A stretch of DNA of 64,000 nt from a virus (IMGVR_UViG_3300042691_039794:11565-75564), one strand, 5' to 3'; shown: positions 47,570-56,198, numbered from the stretch's first letter. Notes: generated by a model not told the origin, from the letters alone. Program-made: numbers and translations.

Positions 47570-48537
47570 TATTTTTTTGTGTGTTCTCATTAAACGCACA
47601 AAACTTTACATATTCAGGTTACATAAGAAATGCTGATGGTACTGGAGCTGTTAATGTACCTGTTAAATTATATAAAAGAACTACGCCCGTAATAAATGGG
47701 TTCACATCTCAAAATAACTACAACGGACATTCTTACTATAGATCTACAGGATCTATGTTTTGGAGCGATGCTAGACAAGCTTGTCTGAATATGGGAGGAC
47801 ACTTGGTTACGGTAACAAGTGCTGCTGAAAACTCTTTTATATTTGGGATTTGGCCTTCAGGTTGGATTGGATTAACAGATGAAGTAGTTGAGGGTCAATG
47901 GAGATGGGTTACAAATGAAACATACTCCTACACCTCATGGAATCCTGGTGAACCAAATAATGCGGGTAACGAAGATTATGTTCAATTTGTGGGGGGTGGT
48001 AAATGGAATGACTTACCAAACGGAGTATCCTTACCATATGTGTTAGAGTTTGAATATATAGTAACATACACACCATGGGTATTACATCAAACAGTATACA
48101 CAAACGCTTCAGGATATTATAATTTTTCACAACCAACAAACCCATCAGTTGAATGGTACATACAGTACGACGCACCAACACCAGTAACTGCATTACAAAT
48201 AACTGATATGGTTGAAGTTTCTAAATTGGTATTAGGGATAACCTCAATTAAAAGTATTCACTACCATAGGTATGATGTTAACTATGATGGTAGAATAAAT
48301 GTTGCAGATGAAAACTACATTAATCTTAGACGATACGGTTTTTTTGGTGGGTGGATTAATATGAGTCCATCTAGATTATTCACACCTGCACAATACACAA
48401 CATTAACGACAAATACAACAGACATGAGAATAGCAATTCCTGGTGTATCATCTATAACAATAAACTCACCTGTAAGTGGGGGATCGCAAAACTATTACTT
48501 GATAGCTCCTGGGTATAAAACAACAGTCAGTTACTAA
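47539..48537 (+). CDS. secreted C-type lectin plus dockerin-like protein
   Basis: SP ...LNA/Q; W..A...C...GGHL, WIGL.D, W..GEPNN, WND; YDVNYDGRINVAD. Confidence 0.85.
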   Translation: MWNKIISWTIVFFCVFSLNAQNFTYSGYIRNADGTGAVNVPVKLYKRTTPVINGFTSQNNYNGHSYYRSTGSMFWSDARQACLNMGGHLVTVTSAAENSFIFGIWPSGWIGLTDEVVEGQWRWVTNETYSYTSWNPGEPNNAGNEDYVQFVGGGKWNDLPNGVSLPYVLEFEYIVTYTPWVLHQTVYTNASGYYNFSQPTNPSVEWYIQYDAPTPVTALQITDMVEVSKLVLGITSIKSIHYHRYDVNYDGRINVADENYINLRRYGFFGGWINMSPSRLFTPAQYTTLTTNTTDMRIAIPGVSSITINSPVSGGSQNYYLIAPGYKTTVSY

Positions 48538-49334
48538 TGAAAAAACTTTTAATTACACTTTTAATACCTTTTGGGTTGTTTAGTCAAGGACCGCCACCAC
48601 CTCAACAAACATCCACAACTACACAAGATTTTGGTAATACCCAAAATAATATTAACGGAGTTCAAGGTAGATCTTTTGGTGGAGGATCAATAGTTAAACC
48701 AAATCCAATTCTAACATCCGCAGATTTCGCATTTATCCAAAACCCAACATATGAAACTGGATGGAGATATGGGACGGGTATTGGTTATAGTCGAATTAAC
48801 ATGGGTAAAGGTTTTGGAGTAAACGCAATGTTAACTTTTGATTTAACCCAACAAACATATTCTTTGTATTACAGAAAAAATGATTGGTATTTTCATTTAA
48901 ACACTGGTAAAATGGGTTTTACTTTAAACAATGGGTTTAGTGTGACTAAAATATGGGAACTTGGAAAAATGTATGATTTAACATTAGGGGTTCAGGTAGG
49001 TAATTCAGTGGTTATAAACGGTGATAAAAATTCGATAGGTGCTTATTTTGTTAATGTACCGTACTTAGTTTTATTGGGTCAAAAAGAAATAATAATATCA
49101 AAAAAATTAGAATGGAGACCCGAGGGATTTATTACTCTGTGTTCACCATATTATGATATAGGAAAAAAATACTTCTCAACATCAAACACATTCAACGTTG
49201 TTGTAGGGAATAATATTTCATACAATTTATCTAAAAAATTTAGGTTGAATATTGATTGGAGAATGAATATGAATACAACCCCAAAGTGGGGTTTAATGAA
49301 TAATGTTCTTATTGGAACAAACTTAAAATTTTAA
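48537..49334 (+). CDS. outer-membrane beta-barrel protein
   Basis: SP ...LFS/Q; alternating strands; terminal ...IGTNLKF (BAM-type signal). Confidence 0.75.
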   Translation: MKKLLITLLIPFGLFSQGPPPPQQTSTTTQDFGNTQNNINGVQGRSFGGGSIVKPNPILTSADFAFIQNPTYETGWRYGTGIGYSRINMGKGFGVNAMLTFDLTQQTYSLYYRKNDWYFHLNTGKMGFTLNNGFSVTKIWELGKMYDLTLGVQVGNSVVINGDKNSIGAYFVNVPYLVLLGQKEIIISKKLEWRPEGFITLCSPYYDIGKKYFSTSNTFNVVVGNNISYNLSKKFRLNIDWRMNMNTTPKWGLMNNVLIGTNLKF

Positions 49335-49337
49335 AAT

Positions 49338-49790
49338 ATGAAAAATATAATCTTACTACTTGGTATGTTACTACTTGGTAACCTCGCAACGGCACAACAG
49401 TGTGTTTATGTTGATTCAGTTTACAACACTGCTAAACTAAAAGAAATGGGAAACAGAGATATCAGGTTTGGTATTCGACAAATTGTTGAGGATGAACTAT
49501 CCGAAAAGTTTTGTTTATCTGAGGAAGGAAAAGATATTGATGTTGAAGTATTTTACTTTGGATTACCTAAAACTACAATTAGAATTGTTGGTGTTGAAAA
49601 GACCGAATCAGTTACTCAAGTTGGTGTTAGATTATACTATGATGGTAAATGTTATGAAGGGATTGGAGAGTCAGAAACAGAGATCAGAGCAATTATGATT
49701 GAGGTTAAAGAAGGTATGTTACCTTTTGAAAAAATGACTGTATCATCGGCATTAAAAAAGGCTATACACGAAGCCGTTATCAAAATATGA
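49338..49790 (+). CDS. secreted CsgG-fold paralog of 45174-45908
   Basis: SP ...ATA/Q; GIRQIVEDEL, GIGES, F...TV..ALKKA align with 45174. Confidence 0.65.
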   Translation: MKNIILLLGMLLLGNLATAQQCVYVDSVYNTAKLKEMGNRDIRFGIRQIVEDELSEKFCLSEEGKDIDVEVFYFGLPKTTIRIVGVEKTESVTQVGVRLYYDGKCYEGIGESETEIRAIMIEVKEGMLPFEKMTVSSALKKAIHEAVIKI

Positions 49791-50239
49791 AAATATGGCA
49801 ACTTTTGATATTGTTAATGTTTTGGTCATCATCTTTCTCGCAAATCCGTATCGCTGATGTTGGGGATGGTTGGAAAGGTAAAGTAGAACAAGCATTAGAT
49901 ACTATAAAGAAATACGACATTCAAAAGTATTATCTGATTATGGAAAACTGTTCTAATGTTGCTTATTGGAATGGAGGGTTCTCAACCACAGAAGGAGATA
50001 GTACAATCACTATACCGGCAAGAGAAATGAACGATGGAAATATCTATAACATTTCTGCGATTTTAGTTCACGAAACAATACATTTATACTTCAAAGGAAC
50101 CAAGTTCAATTTGAATCCAAACACCGAAGAAGTAATTGCATATCAACACGAACTTGAATTTTTAGAAAAGATTCCATGTGTTGATCCATGGTTAATTGAA
50201 AATGCCAAAAACAAAATCAAATTTTATTCAAAACCATAG
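49787..50239 (+). CDS. secreted putative zinc metallopeptidase
   Basis: SP ...SFS/Q; ILVHETIH...EEVIAY. Confidence 0.7.
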   Translation: MKIWQLLILLMFWSSSFSQIRIADVGDGWKGKVEQALDTIKKYDIQKYYLIMENCSNVAYWNGGFSTTEGDSTITIPAREMNDGNIYNISAILVHETIHLYFKGTKFNLNPNTEEVIAYQHELEFLEKIPCVDPWLIENAKNKIKFYSKP

Positions 50240-50274
50240 TTGATTTAGTTAATCAATTGGTCTATTTTTGAGGT

Positions 50275-50496
50275 ATGAAAAGAATTGCACTCATATCTCT
50301 TTTATTACTTTTGTTCTCTTGTGTCCCAACATATAAATACAAAATTACTAATTCAAAAGGAAATTCATTTTACTGTAATTTCTATAACGAAACGGGTAAT
50401 GGGTGCATTTTTTTTAATAAAAACCCTGGTTTAAACAATACACCAGGAGAACCACACATGATTTGTGGTGAATATAAAATTGAAAAGTTAAAATAA
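50275..50496 (+). CDS. small lipoprotein
   Basis: Lipobox LFSC; ATG lies 4 nt after TATTTTTG. Confidence 0.7.
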   Translation: MKRIALISLLLLLFSCVPTYKYKITNSKGNSFYCNFYNETGNGCIFFNKNPGLNNTPGEPHMICGEYKIEKLK

Positions 50497-50497
50497 A

Positions 50498-50752
50498 ATG
50501 GAAAAAGAAGGACCGGATGTTGGATTATTGTTTGTGATGATATTAGGTTTTTTATTAGGTATGGTTTTAATATCTTGTGAGGAAAAAAAAGAACCAGAAA
50601 TTGTAATAGAATTATCAAAAGATAGTAAAAACTCTACTAGTAATGTTGATGAATATGCCTATCAAGGTTGTGAGTATATAGTGGTAGGGCCAATAAACCG
50701 TAGATGGGGTTCACATAAAGGAAACTGTAAAAACCCAATTCATAAAAAATGA
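50498..50752 (+). CDS. small putative lipoprotein
   Basis: LISC; GCEY...HKGNCKNPIH motif. Confidence 0.7.
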   Translation: MEKEGPDVGLLFVMILGFLLGMVLISCEEKKEPEIVIELSKDSKNSTSNVDEYAYQGCEYIVVGPINRRWGSHKGNCKNPIHKK

Positions 50753-51072
50753 CAGATCAAGAAATCGTTAAATACGGAGAAATACAATACCTAAAAGGTA
50801 GATTAGATGAACTTTTCAAAGCTCTATCAACAATAACCAATATGGACAGGAAAAGAAGACTGGACCAACGAATTGAAAAATACTTCAACAAATTAAAAAA
50901 AGTTGATGAAGTCGCATTTCATTTATATCAAGTAGAGTTGAGTAACAGACAAAGATCAAAAGAAAAATCTAAAAACGAAATTAAAGATTTACTTGAACAA
51001 ATTTTAATAAATGAGAATATCATGAATGAAGATATTCTTGAAAGGATCAAAAAACAAATTGATCGTTACTGA
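50749..51072 (+). CDS. hypothetical protein
   Basis: 107-aa ORF. Confidence 0.7.
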   Translation: MTDQEIVKYGEIQYLKGRLDELFKALSTITNMDRKRRLDQRIEKYFNKLKKVDEVAFHLYQVELSNRQRSKEKSKNEIKDLLEQILINENIMNEDILERIKKQIDRY

Positions 51073-51452
51073 TGAGTGATAAAAAACCTGACAATGTTTC
51101 TGATAACCCTGGGTTGTTACCATACGGTAGTAATGTTGGTGCTCCGGCAATAGTCGTTACTGACATACAACACTGGAAGGAACCAAGAGTCATATCTGTT
51201 AATCAACAATTCGAAGATAAGTTTTTAGAACTCAAGAAAGAGTATGAAAAATTAATTGAAGAATACAGATGGAATGATTTAGTTTACAAAGCAAAGTTTA
51301 GTTTCGAACCTGTTATTGGAAAAACTTATCATCTATATTATAATAAAGATGGTAAGATATTTCTTTCGGTTATCTCGCCAAGTGAATGGAAGTTCGAACA
51401 CATCGGATCTTTCAAATACAATCACGACAATAAATGGATAAAAATAGATTGA
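51072..51452 (+). CDS. DUF2452-family protein
   Basis: LPYG..VGAP; VY.AKF.FEP.IG..YHLY...FLS.I.P.EW. Confidence 0.8.
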   Translation: MSDKKPDNVSDNPGLLPYGSNVGAPAIVVTDIQHWKEPRVISVNQQFEDKFLELKKEYEKLIEEYRWNDLVYKAKFSFEPVIGKTYHLYYNKDGKIFLSVISPSEWKFEHIGSFKYNHDNKWIKID

Positions 51453-51508
51453 TATGTTTTACAAATTTAGATATAATTTACTCAAATATATTTTACGAAT
51501 CATAAGAA

Positions 51509-51919
51509 ATGGAACAACTAAACACACACCCAATTAAGAAATCCGATTTAGGATTTCATGGTAACCTTTTTGGGGGGAAATTACTCGCGTGGATTGACGC
51601 TTCTGCCGCAGGATATGCAATGCAACTTTGTGATACACCAAGAATGGTGACCGTATCTATTGATCAATGTAACTTCGAAAGACCAGCAAAAGAAAGTCAG
51701 TTATTAAAAATTTATGGATTTCCTTGTAGAATTGGAAATACTTCATTAACTTTGTATATGGAAGCAAGAGCCCATAGTGTTTACACAGGAAAACAAGATT
51801 TGGTTTTAAAAACACAAATTACATTTGTCCAAATTGATGAAGGGGGTAATCCGATTCCACTTGGAGAAAAAGCTAAAAAAAGAATATCTAATTTAATTGA
51901 ACAAAATGAACGCGACTAA
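51509..51919 (+). CDS. acyl-CoA thioesterase (HotDog fold)
   Basis: DL..HGNLFGG.LL.WID, VTVSID, IGNTS, FV.ID. Confidence 0.88.
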   Translation: MEQLNTHPIKKSDLGFHGNLFGGKLLAWIDASAAGYAMQLCDTPRMVTVSIDQCNFERPAKESQLLKIYGFPCRIGNTSLTLYMEARAHSVYTGKQDLVLKTQITFVQIDEGGNPIPLGEKAKKRISNLIEQNERD

Positions 51920-52100
51920 AGATTTTGAATTTGTACTAAGAGTATTACACTCAAGTGAAAACCTCGACCACATTAAAACATCCGATAAGTTATTTGAAAA
52001 CTTCAAGGACAAATGGAAAAAAAGAATGGAATGTTATGAGCTTGTAGATTACATGTTCAAATACAAAGTGGAAAGAAAAAGAAATAAAAAAAATATATGA
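51897..52100 (+). CDS. hypothetical protein
   Basis: Short ORF; ATG likely at 51906. Confidence 0.6.
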   Translation: MNKMNATKDFEFVLRVLHSSENLDHIKTSDKLFENFKDKWKKRMECYELVDYMFKYKVERKRNKKNI

Positions 52101-52789
52101 AACTTACAATAATATCAGATACTCACAACCACCACAAAAGAGTTACAGATGATTTACCAGGAGGTGACTTATTAATTCATGCTGGTGACCTTAGTTCTAT
52201 GGGTTATCAACATGAGATTGAAAATTTTGCAAAATGGTTTGATAGTTTGGACAACTATTCAACTAAAGTTTTTATTTCAGGTAATCACGATTGGGGATTT
52301 CAAAACAACACTGAAAAAATAAGAGGCCTTTTGACTGGTTATAAAAATATCGATTACCTTCAAGACGATTTTATGGGAATAATAGAAGGTGGTGGACCTG
52401 AGGTTAAAATTTGGGGTAGCCCATGGCAACCTGAGTTTTATAATTGGGCATTCAACTTACCACGAAATGGTGATGAGTTAAAGGCAAAGTGGGATATGAT
52501 TCCTGAAGATATTGATATATTGATCACTCATGGACCGGCTTGGGGTATTTTAGATGATGTTGAAGGTAATAGAAACGTTCATCTTGGATGTGAATTGTTG
52601 GCAGAACGAATCAAACAAATAAAACCAAAGATTCATATCTGTGGACATATTCATACTGGATATGGACATTATTATAATGGGCACACACACTTTTTTAATG
52701 CTTCAGTTTTGAATGAAAGATATGCATATTCTCATTTACCATGGAATATTGATTGGAATCCAATAACAAATGAAATTGTTTTTTTATAA
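52097..52789 (+). CDS. calcineurin-like metallophosphoesterase (MPPED/239FB type)
   Basis: SDTH, HAGD, GNHD, THGP, GHIH. Confidence 0.9.
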   Translation: MKLTIISDTHNHHKRVTDDLPGGDLLIHAGDLSSMGYQHEIENFAKWFDSLDNYSTKVFISGNHDWGFQNNTEKIRGLLTGYKNIDYLQDDFMGIIEGGGPEVKIWGSPWQPEFYNWAFNLPRNGDELKAKWDMIPEDIDILITHGPAWGILDDVEGNRNVHLGCELLAERIKQIKPKIHICGHIHTGYGHYYNGHTHFFNASVLNERYAYSHLPWNIDWNPITNEIVFL

Positions 52790-53286
52790 TGGAAAGAGCA
52801 CATATAATAGATAGTAAAATTTTCAAAGACCATAGAGGAAGTTTTAGTCCGCTTGATTTATCTAAAAATGACAAAAATTGGGTTCAGAGTAATATCAGTG
52901 TAAATCCCCGTAAATATACTTTACGGGGACTACATTTCCAAAAAAATGAGTTTGCTCAAGCTAAACTAATTAAAGTAATCTCAGGTAAGATATTGGATTT
53001 TGTGGTTGATATGAAAAATGTTTCAGATGATTACAATAAAGTATTCTTTTTTGAAATGAATGAAGGTGATGAATTGTATGTACCAAGATATTTTGCACAT
53101 GGGTTTATAACGACCGAAGAAAACACGGTAGTTCAATATTTGGTGGACAACGACTATAGTCCTGAAAATGAAGGTGTGAAAGTTTGGAAAAATTATTCTG
53201 AGATTGTTGATCGTATTAAAAAAATGGGAGTTTTTATAGATGATGAAATAATTGTCATTGCTGATAAAGATTTAGTTGAAAAATAA
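52789..53286 (+). CDS. rfbC: dTDP-4-dehydrorhamnose 3,5-epimerase
   Basis: DHRGSF, TLRGLHFQ, QAKLI, P..FAHGF. Confidence 0.92.
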   Translation: MERAHIIDSKIFKDHRGSFSPLDLSKNDKNWVQSNISVNPRKYTLRGLHFQKNEFAQAKLIKVISGKILDFVVDMKNVSDDYNKVFFFEMNEGDELYVPRYFAHGFITTEENTVVQYLVDNDYSPENEGVKVWKNYSEIVDRIKKMGVFIDDEIIVIADKDLVEK

Positions 53287-53318
53287 AATTATTATAGTAT
53301 TTATAATAAAAAAAAGTT

Positions 53319-53846
53319 ATGAAAAAAGATTTGAACGACAAACTATTTGAAGAATTCAAAAAAAGAGGCCTTTTTGAGCAAGAAGATGACGAAGATGAAG
53401 AGGATGACGATGATACAGATGAGAATGATGATGACGACGATGAGGACAACTCAGATGAGAATGAAACTAACGAAGATTTTTGCGAAATGGTTTGCAAACT
53501 TCTCAATTCACAACATCAGGCACATGTTTTTCATTTTGCAGTAACAGGTAAAGGATCTTACGCAGCGCACAAAGCACTCCAAAACTATTATGAGTCGATT
53601 GATGGATTAGTTGACGGTTTAGTAGAATCTTATCAAGGTAAATACGGTTTATTGTCAAATTATAAAAGTTACAAAATAGAAAATTATAAAAATATCAAAA
53701 AAATAATTTCTTATTTTGATAGATTACTTGATGATGTTGAAAATCTCAGAGAATCTGTAGAAGATGGATTTTTACAAAATCAAATTGATACAATTGAAGA
53801 ATTAATTAATTCTACTCTTTACAAATTGAAATATTTGAACGATTGA
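53319..53846 (+). CDS. ferritin/Dps-like protein (DUF5856 type) with a poly-Asp/Glu N-terminal tract
   Basis: H..H...SYAAHKAL..YY..I....D.L.E.YQG; LQN.ID.I. Confidence 0.75.
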   Translation: MKKDLNDKLFEEFKKRGLFEQEDDEDEEDDDDTDENDDDDDEDNSDENETNEDFCEMVCKLLNSQHQAHVFHFAVTGKGSYAAHKALQNYYESIDGLVDGLVESYQGKYGLLSNYKSYKIENYKNIKKIISYFDRLLDDVENLRESVEDGFLQNQIDTIEELINSTLYKLKYLND

Positions 53847-53847
53847 A

Positions 53848-54255
53848 ATGAGCAGGTTTACTGAACAAGAAATTCATAAACTAAATGTTTTAAAAAGAAT
53901 TATACTTCTTAGATCAAAATTACCACAAGTTTATGGACCACAAAGTGTCAAAATTGAGGTTAATGATTACGATAAAAATGAACAAGGAGATTTTATTGAA
54001 ATAAGTTTTTCTTTGAAAATTTTCAATGTAGATTGTGACGAGTGTTCTTTTGATATGGATTATTTCACAGAGACAATTCATAAAATTTATAGAAATCTAT
54101 ATACTACATCTCAAATTTTGGTTAACTCAAACTTACAAAGTGATCAATCAGGAAACAGTTTAAGAGGAATTTTAACACATAAAATTACTTATCGTAATGA
54201 TTCAATAGAAGAGATAGAATTTGGAATTTTTTACGATTGTGATGATCAAAATTAA
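53848..54255 (+). CDS. hypothetical protein
   Basis: 135-aa ORF. Confidence 0.65.
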   Translation: MSRFTEQEIHKLNVLKRIILLRSKLPQVYGPQSVKIEVNDYDKNEQGDFIEISFSLKIFNVDCDECSFDMDYFTETIHKIYRNLYTTSQILVNSNLQSDQSGNSLRGILTHKITYRNDSIEEIEFGIFYDCDDQN

Positions 54256-55107
54256 TCATTTTGATGTGGAAACCACGTCTGACCTTACCCAACCATAAGT
54301 ACGAACCCAACTCACATCATTGTCAAGTTTGACTAAATACCATGTTTTGCCATCATCACCTTTTTTAGAACTTTGAACAACACCAATTGGATCGGGATAA
54401 TAAACATCGTTAATTATATTATTTATCAGACCATTGTTAACGTAAGGTTCAGTTCTAACATTTGCATAATTTGAATCACTGGTTTTTTTAGGGTAAATAA
54501 TTTTTCCAATTACCGATTGGACAACAGGTTTTTTTGTCTTGAGTTCTTCGGCATATTTTTTAAACGCTTTTTGATTATTGACCATTCTTTCTGCAACTGT
54601 GCCAGGTATGTTCGATTTAGAAAAATCAACATTCCACCCTTCTAAATATTTTTTTGATGCGGAATCCCATTTGTTTGCATTAATGTCTTGAACCCACTGA
54701 TAAGATTTTTTAGCTTCACCTCTGAAAACTGAATTAACTAAAGCTCTTTGAACGTAAATCGGGTAAGATTCAAATTTTGGAAAAATATCTTTTGCTTTGG
54801 ACTCTTCATCTGCAATATCTTTTTTAAGAACACTCTCAGCTTCAGAATTGGATAATTTTTTTCCATACTTAGCGTACTGACCAGTGTGTCCATAACCAAT
54901 TGTTAAAATACCACCTTTTTTATCTTTTGGTGTTACAATAAATTTTTTAGGTCTATTTGGATCTTTATCGTCATATACATAATGCTCCCCTTTTGAATTA
55001 ACAACTTTGGACTCATATTTTTTTATGGTATCCATCATCACTTTGTCCCCAACTACAGATTCCTTCAATAAGTTAAACTGTTTATAAGAAATAATTATTT
55101 TTTTCAT
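54256..55107 (-). CDS. GH24-type lysozyme with a C-terminal SH3b-like domain and late-type leader
   Basis: IKKYE...YDD...LTIGYGH; ANVRTEP...WY.V...GWVRSD. Confidence 0.8.
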   Translation of the reverse strand: MKKIIISYKQFNLLKESVVGDKVMMDTIKKYESKVVNSKGEHYVYDDKDPNRPKKFIVTPKDKKGGILTIGYGHTGQYAKYGKKLSNSEAESVLKKDIADEESKAKDIFPKFESYPIYVQRALVNSVFRGEAKKSYQWVQDINANKWDSASKKYLEGWNVDFSKSNIPGTVAERMVNNQKAFKKYAEELKTKKPVVQSVIGKIIYPKKTSDSNYANVRTEPYVNNGLINNIINDVYYPDPIGVVQSSKKGDDGKTWYLVKLDNDVSWVRTYGWVRSDVVSTSK

Positions 55108-55163
55108 TTTTTATAAATACTTTATAAAACTTAAAATAAGACATATCTTTTTATAAAAAAATT

Positions 55164-55517
55164 ATGGCACACCCTATAATTCACGCAAAATCATCGGCAA
55201 AAAAATTTGGAGGTCAATGGGAAGATTATATTCATTTACATAATTGGATGGATGAAACCAAAGCTTGGGTTGGTAATCAAAATCATAGAATGTTTAGACA
55301 TCATTCCGAGGGGATTTTTGAAATGGAAAAAAAATTTGGAGAAACTTTCATGAATAGTGAAAATAAAATTGTTTATGTTAGATACGTAGGCGAACAACAT
55401 GTAAGGGAAGATTGTTATAATCACATACCAAGTGCTAGTGAGTGGATTAAATGTCTCACTATGAGAGAAAAACCTATATGGATGTCCAGAACATTGGATT
55501 TAAATTTTGATGACTAG
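55164..55517 (+). CDS. DUF6915-family protein
   Basis: MAHP..HA.SS.KKFGG...H.W.DETK...HR..RHH.EG...GEQHV.ED. Confidence 0.8.
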   Translation: MAHPIIHAKSSAKKFGGQWEDYIHLHNWMDETKAWVGNQNHRMFRHHSEGIFEMEKKFGETFMNSENKIVYVRYVGEQHVREDCYNHIPSASEWIKCLTMREKPIWMSRTLDLNFDD

Positions 55518-55529
55518 ATATTTAATAAT

Positions 55530-56198
55530 ATGAAGAAATTATTTTTATTGGTTCAGAGGTATATGATTGCTAATCGAAAAAATGAGTTAGAAATCAGAAT
55601 GTATTTGGACGAAACAGGAATTTTTGAAATAAATTTAGATGGATCTTACGGACAATCAGTGCCAAGTTTTATTGAAAAATTTTGTGATCAATTAGTTGAA
55701 AAGCATTTAAGTGACTTTTACATCACCAATGAAAATGGTAGAATTGATTTAGAATGCGAAATTAACTTATTAGATAAAATTGTTTCATTAACAGCTTCAG
55801 AATACGTGATCGGTGAAGATTACTCAGAATCTGATGGAGATTTTGAAAAAGAAAGTGGTAATTATGAAACTATGTTAAATTATTTTACAGGAACAAGCAC
55901 AACTGAATTAGCTTCAGATTATGATGGAGGTGGTGACAGTGGAGATTTGGGTAGTTGGCAAATTAATCAAGGATATATTTCTTCACATGAGATTCCAAAT
56001 GACGTAGAAGATATTTTTTGGAGATTACTTGAATATCACTATGGAGGGTGGGAAATAAATGAAGGATCTTCTGGTAGTATAAGCATAAACCTTTATCGTG
56101 ATGAAATATCTTACACGATTAGTCACGTTTGGAATACTGAAGAATACGTAGAATGTTCGCCTGGAACAATTACTATCAAATTCGAAGATTTAGATTAA
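55530..56198 (+). CDS. DUF6878-like acidic protein
   Basis: YDGGGDSG and GWEINEGSSG motifs. Confidence 0.6.
   Translation: MKKLFLLVQRYMIANRKNELEIRMYLDETGIFEINLDGSYGQSVPSFIEKFCDQLVEKHLSDFYITNENGRIDLECEINLLDKIVSLTASEYVIGEDYSESDGDFEKESGNYETMLNYFTGTSTTELASDYDGGGDSGDLGSWQINQGYISSHEIPNDVEDIFWRLLEYHYGGWEINEGSSGSISINLYRDEISYTISHVWNTEEYVECSPGTITIKFEDLD

Noticed and set aside
47539-48537. Diversity-generating retroelement target (C-type lectin fold)
   Set aside because: No reverse transcriptase and no near-identical template repeat in the window.
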